From Asterias rubens (taxonomy: Eukaryota), in the NCBI RefSeq assembly GCF_902459465.1, contig NC_047078.1:5642001-5706000 (forward strand): a DNA stretch of 64,000 bases, written 5' to 3'. The notes under the pieces are model-generated. The model was not told the DNA's origin. It did not search any database and was given only the letters and a program-made list of their open reading frames with translations. Made by a program: the position numbers and the translations under genes. The stretch's first letter is position 1. Each line of letters opens with the position of its first letter. Shown piece by piece: positions 59,461 to 64,000 of the stretch.

Positions 59461-59872
59461 TTGCCATAATCCTGGATCTGGCAGAAGACTATTTTCTAAT
59501 CCTCTTTTATTTCAAATACAGGTCATAATCCGTTTTCTTCAGCCAAGGACCAATGCAGAGTGAATCACTGAGAGAGCAGACGATCAAGTCGTTGGATCAA
59601 CAGTGTTTCCCGCCTCGGTACACACTTGAAGTTGATTATCTCAACGACGAATGCCTTCGCGATGCTTTGGTAACACTAACTGAACAATCCTTACCAAAAG
59701 AAGAATGAAAGTAGAAACTTTTGGCGTTTCGAGTTCAGAGATAACCGCAAATTCTTTGACATGATGATTTGAAGAGTGGAGTTGTAGGGAGCGTTTTGAG
59801 GAAAGGTTTTTCTTTTAACTTGTGACGTCGTGGGACGCAGTTTAGCGGACTTGCTTTTAGATATCCAACGCC

Positions 59873-61354
59873 ATGATTCAAACTTACAGGAAAAACAGCG
59901 GCATGGAGTGCTGTAAAGCCGAGCCAATGTTCCGACGTGTCCGTTATAACTTACTGACCTATCCAGGAGCAGGATGGATAGCGTTTGTGATAACCTTGTT
60001 CCTATGGGCTCTCTCCGTTCCCTATCTCAGACAGGCACCCAGTGGCGTTGTACCCGATACCAAGGAAGTTCGGTTGCAGATGCCTCGGGCAGCCGCAGAG
60101 AAAGCTTTTAGACGAAACACAGAGACAATGTATGATATCAGATACAACACCAGTGAGTATTCACACTCTTTCCCTGTGGATGACACTTGCTTCTTCACTC
60201 GTAAACTCTCAAAGAGCGACATGCCAACAATTCATTCTATATTCTCTAATCCAGCATCTCAGAGCGTTGTCTTTGTAGGAGTACGGTTTCTTAGGGACAA
60301 TTGGGCAGAAGACAAATTCATTTGCGAGTTCGAGAATGGTGAACGGACACAGAGCGACCCAATCGTGAATGACTACCGGAGCTTCGGTTATTTAGCTCAG
60401 TATGTATTTGTCTTAACATGCCCACTGCCGGAGATTTACATTGGCAGAACTAATTTCACCATGAGTTTTTACAAGGTAACATGGCGGCCGAAATGGTACA
60501 TGTTTGCCTACGCTAACCTGACCGTGTGTCGAGCGGGCAGCTGGCCGCTCACTAAGAAACACTTCTTAAGTGTTTGCACAATGGTCAAGGACATGGATGA
60601 ATTCTTACCAGATTGGTTGGATTATCATCGCTTTATGGGTGTTGAACACGCTTATATCTACGACAATGCGGTCGAGAAGATGAGTTTGTTACGTGAGACG
60701 GTCAAAGAGGATGTAGACAGTGGGTTTGTCACCGTTATCCCATGGTCTCACAGACCGTCTGCAGGGAAGAGTTACTTAGAAGTGCAAATAGCTCATGAGA
60801 ATGACTGTTTATGGCGTCACAGATACGACACCCATTGGATGATGAAGATTGATGTCGACGAATACGTCCAGCCCATGAACCCAGCCAACCCAAAGATACC
60901 TAACTTCTTACGGGATCCGAGACTCAATAAGTTAGGTGCTATAAGACTTCAGAATTGGTTCTTTGGGCGCCCTAATACTTCGGAGGTCCTCGAAGGGTCT
61001 ATCATGGAGCGAAATCGCTGGCGTCCGTCGGAGCCAACCCTTCAGAACACCGGTAGAGACAAGAATATTCTCCGGCCTATAAACGTGCATTATTTTAAAA
61101 TCCACGCTATCAAACTTGGAGGTGAGACAAAGTCCATAAACCCTGAAACTGAGATGCGTTTGGTGCACTACCGTGGCGATAACCCAAGGGTCCGCCATTT
61201 TGATTTGCCCGAGTTCGATGTTTTGGATGAGAGCATGGTCAACATATGGAAACAAATCAAAAAAGCAAAGATGGAAACCTCACTGGAAGCTGCATCGGAA
61301 ACTGACAATGAAATCATCCTTAAATTCATCGAAGATGATGTTAAAAGTCCATGA
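59873..61354 (+). CDS. Type II membrane glycosyltransferase, GT92/DUF23 (GT-A fold) type; single-exon CDS, 493 aa (alternative start ATG 59903)
   Basis: Long ORF; N-terminal hydrophobic segment WIAFVITLFLWALSVPYL; FLSVCTMVKD..EFLPDWLDYHRFMGVEHAYIYDN block; DxD motif in WMMKIDVDEYV; N-glycosylation sequons NTS, NFT, NLT. Confidence 0.88.
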   Translation: MIQTYRKNSGMECCKAEPMFRRVRYNLLTYPGAGWIAFVITLFLWALSVPYLRQAPSGVVPDTKEVRLQMPRAAAEKAFRRNTETMYDIRYNTSEYSHSFPVDDTCFFTRKLSKSDMPTIHSIFSNPASQSVVFVGVRFLRDNWAEDKFICEFENGERTQSDPIVNDYRSFGYLAQYVFVLTCPLPEIYIGRTNFTMSFYKVTWRPKWYMFAYANLTVCRAGSWPLTKKHFLSVCTMVKDMDEFLPDWLDYHRFMGVEHAYIYDNAVEKMSLLRETVKEDVDSGFVTVIPWSHRPSAGKSYLEVQIAHENDCLWRHRYDTHWMMKIDVDEYVQPMNPANPKIPNFLRDPRLNKLGAIRLQNWFFGRPNTSEVLEGSIMERNRWRPSEPTLQNTGRDKNILRPINVHYFKIHAIKLGGETKSINPETEMRLVHYRGDNPRVRHFDLPEFDVLDESMVNIWKQIKKAKMETSLEAASETDNEIILKFIEDDVKSP

Positions 61355-61376
61355 AGCAATTATTTTGAAATAGTAT

Positions 61377-61718
61377 TCATTAATTATTTTCATTCATTCA
61401 TTCATTCATTCATAATTGGTTTATTATTTTAAAAACAAATTCCCATGGCGACCGGAGGTCGAATTACAGGAAAATATACAGAGATTAAAAAATAAGAAAA
61501 AAAACACACTATTTCACATTATTTAAGAAATAATTGATTAAGGAGAGACAAATATTTACAATGTATAAAATAAATTGTTCTGAAAGTTGCGGGGAAAAAA
61601 ATCAGCATAGGTCCATAATAATGACAGTGACTTATTATATATAGCGCACGAAATATGTCACTCCGTGATGCTCTGTATATTTGTTTTCCTGCATGGTATG
61701 CGGATGAAATCAAAGTTT
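61377..61718 (-). mobile_element. Retroposon (LINE 3' end or SINE) with (GAAT)n tail in the GT92 3' UTR; second copy at about 51440-51660
   Basis: Flanked by a 26-27 bp direct repeat CATGAAGCAAT(T)ATTTTGAAATAGTAT at 61350-61376 and 61719-61744; shares about 200 bp with 51440-51620. Confidence 0.75.
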
Positions 61719-63786
61719 CATGAAGCAATATTTTGAAATAGTATAATTTTGTTCTTCTTAGAACAAGTTCATTTATAAAAGTCATAATCATGGCCTCTTA
61801 TATATATATAATCCGTCACTTAGTGACGCTCGATTTGGAGCATAAGTATACAATTTGGAGTATGGGACCTAATCCTTTACACAGCACCATGCAGACGCAA
61901 TACAGGTTCATCAAACTATTATAAACTGTCTTCATGAGTTTAATTAAAGGTCCTTCTTGCGTATGAAATGAAACAAAACCGACGATATTATGATTATTCA
62001 AATTCAATCATTTTTGCCGCCAAACTTGTGCACTGTGTCTTGGGAGGGACCAGTATTCACTTATGCACTCCCATACAATTACGTTATCTTTTAACATCAA
62101 GTTCATCATTCCATAAATATTTTGTTAAATTTGGCTGTGACGTTTAGTATAGACGATGTGACCAATGTTTACATTCAAACCGCCCTCTGTTGACAAAACA
62201 CTGTATACGTCATGTTTCGCCGGGAAAAAGACGCGATGGTATTAAAGAGGGCATACACTTTCTAGCTGGCTGCTAAAACACAAAGGTTTTGCCCGGCGGT
62301 ATACGCGCGAATCATGTTATGGTTTTCGAGTGACGTCAGAGGTCACATCGTCTATAGTATCCAATTTTACCATTTTTATTAGTATGTTCTTATTCATAGA
62401 TTGTGTGTTTGTGTGTGTTTTTTTTTTTTTTTTTTTTACTGTAGACTGTTTTTATACTGTATGTTTTGTTATGTTAAATATCGAATCATTGAAGAAAATA
62501 TCCCGAATGAAATGAAAGAAAGACTCTGCTTGGGTTGAAACGTCAAGCCATTACTATTTTGTTTGAATGTGTAATACGTGTAAAAGACCGCCTGAGAAAT
62601 GTGTACATTCCCAATATTAATTATAAGTGTTCAATGTTTGCCTGTTGTATTAAAATGATTATTTTGTTTAAAGTATCTTTGATTGCCTGTTAATTATTCT
62701 TTTCGAGAGATGAACGATTTGCCCGTATAACTGTTTCAGTGACTAGCCAGCGGGACCAGTCCGCTGGTAGTCCGTCAGCCTTTTTCACTTGGACAGAATT
62801 CAGGTTTTCTTTCAACATTTTCATTAGCGTGGGACTTTTAATTTGAACGCTTGAACATCAATATTAACTACAGACTATGGACAGAACCCATTAATCCTTC
62901 GTTTTCTGGCAATTTGACAAGCAAATACGACGACACATATCGCAATCAATATTTTTATCAAATTTTAGTCAAATTTTGATAAAACTGCAAAGGCTATAAT
63001 ACGGAAGCGTATATAGGACATACCGAAAAAAAAATCGGGCTCCACTATTTCGCCCGGGCGGATTACTATTTCGCCCGGGCGGATTACTATTCCGTGTGTA
63101 AAGGGAAACGCGAAATCATACATGTAGCCCCGTGTAAACAGACCCGGGGAGATGAGAACATTATGACAAAAAAAAAAATCCGTTTTGATGGAAGAAAACA
63201 TTATGTGCATCTATGAATGTTTTTGTTTTTTATTTATTTACTAATTTTTCTTTTTTTTGTGGGGGGGGGGGGGACAAGCACAGCAAATAGTAAATCCGGG
63301 ACGCACTCAACACGTTCAAAAAGCTAGAGGTTAATTATTTTATAATTATTCCTCATTACATGGAGAGAGATGTATTGGAATCCAAGCTTTAAAAAACCGT
63401 ATGAGGCGTTAATATGTATTGTATAAAGTTCTTTTTAGGGGGGGGGGGCAAGGTAGATCAAGGACCAATGCAGAGTGAATCACTGAGAGAGCAGACGATC
63501 AAGTCGTTGGATCAACAGTGTTTCCCGCCTCGGTGCACACTTGAAGTTGATTATCTCAACGACGAATGCCTTCGCGATGCTTTGGTAACACTAACTGAAC
63601 AATCCTTACCAAAGAAGAATGAAAGTAGAAACTTTTGGCGTTTCGAGTTCAGAGATAACCGCAAATTCTTTGACATGATGATTTGAAGAGTGGAGTTGTA
63701 GGGAGCGTTTTGAGGAAAGGTTTTTCTTTTAACTTGTGACGTCGTGGGACGCAGTTTAGCGGACTTGCTTTTATATATCCAACGCC

Positions 63787-64000
63787 ATGATTCAAACTTA
63801 CAGGAAAAACAGCGGCATGGAGTGCTGTAAAGCCGAGCCAATGTTCCGACGTGTCCGTTATAACTTACTGACCTATCCAGGAGCAGGATGGATAGCGTTT
63901 GTGATAACCTTGTTCCTATGGGCTCTCTCCGTTCCCTATCTCAGACAGGCACCCAGTGGCGTTCCCGATACCAAGGAAGTTCGGTTGCAGATGCCTCGGG
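63787..64000 (+). CDS. Second, near-identical copy of the GT92-type glycosyltransferase (5' end only, open to the window edge)
   Basis: 63459-64000 matches 59544-60089 with four differences seen (2 substitutions, one 1-nt deletion upstream of the CDS, one in-frame 3-nt deletion of a Val codon). Frame remains open from ATG 63787. Confidence 0.75.
   Translation, partial: MIQTYRKNSGMECCKAEPMFRRVRYNLLTYPGAGWIAFVITLFLWALSVPYLRQAPSGVPDTKEVRLQMPR

Noticed and set aside
162-64000. gkup plus GT92 copies as a sugar-nucleotide/glycoside biosynthetic gene cluster
   Set aside because: They are about 46 kb apart, separated by unrelated housekeeping and ciliary genes; GT92 donors are typically UDP-Gal; there is no sequence evidence of co-regulation.

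Overview
AT-rich, intron- and repeat-dense animal genomic DNA. A marine invertebrate deuterostome, probably an echinoderm such as a sea star, is my inference from gene content and repeat style; it is not proven. I assembled five protein-coding genes by hand from GT-AG exons. (1) gkup-like glucuronokinase/putative pyrophosphorylase fusion: minus strand, 16 exons in the window, running off the left edge. (2) SDHD: plus strand, 4 exons, head-to-head with gkup, 297 bp between the ATGs. (3) PTPMT1: plus strand, 4 coding exons. (4) CFAP141/C1orf189: plus strand, 4 exons. (5) A GT92/DUF23-type glycosyltransferase with a single-exon CDS, followed by a ~99% identical second copy running off the right edge. 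Introns and intergenic DNA carry TTAA-flanked (Kolobok-like) MITEs, PHIS/Harbinger-, hAT-, MULE- and Tc1-like MITEs, tRNA-derived SINEs and RTE/L2/CR1/DIRS retroelement relics. The most notable observations are a tandem-plus-inverted array of minimal hammerhead-ribozyme-like motifs in sense orientation in a gkup intron, three independent micro-duplications of exon-intron boundaries, a MITE carrying CTCF-like motifs, and a SINE site hit three times by TTAA MITEs. All coordinates were counted by eye; repeat boundaries may be off by a few bases. No database searches were run.
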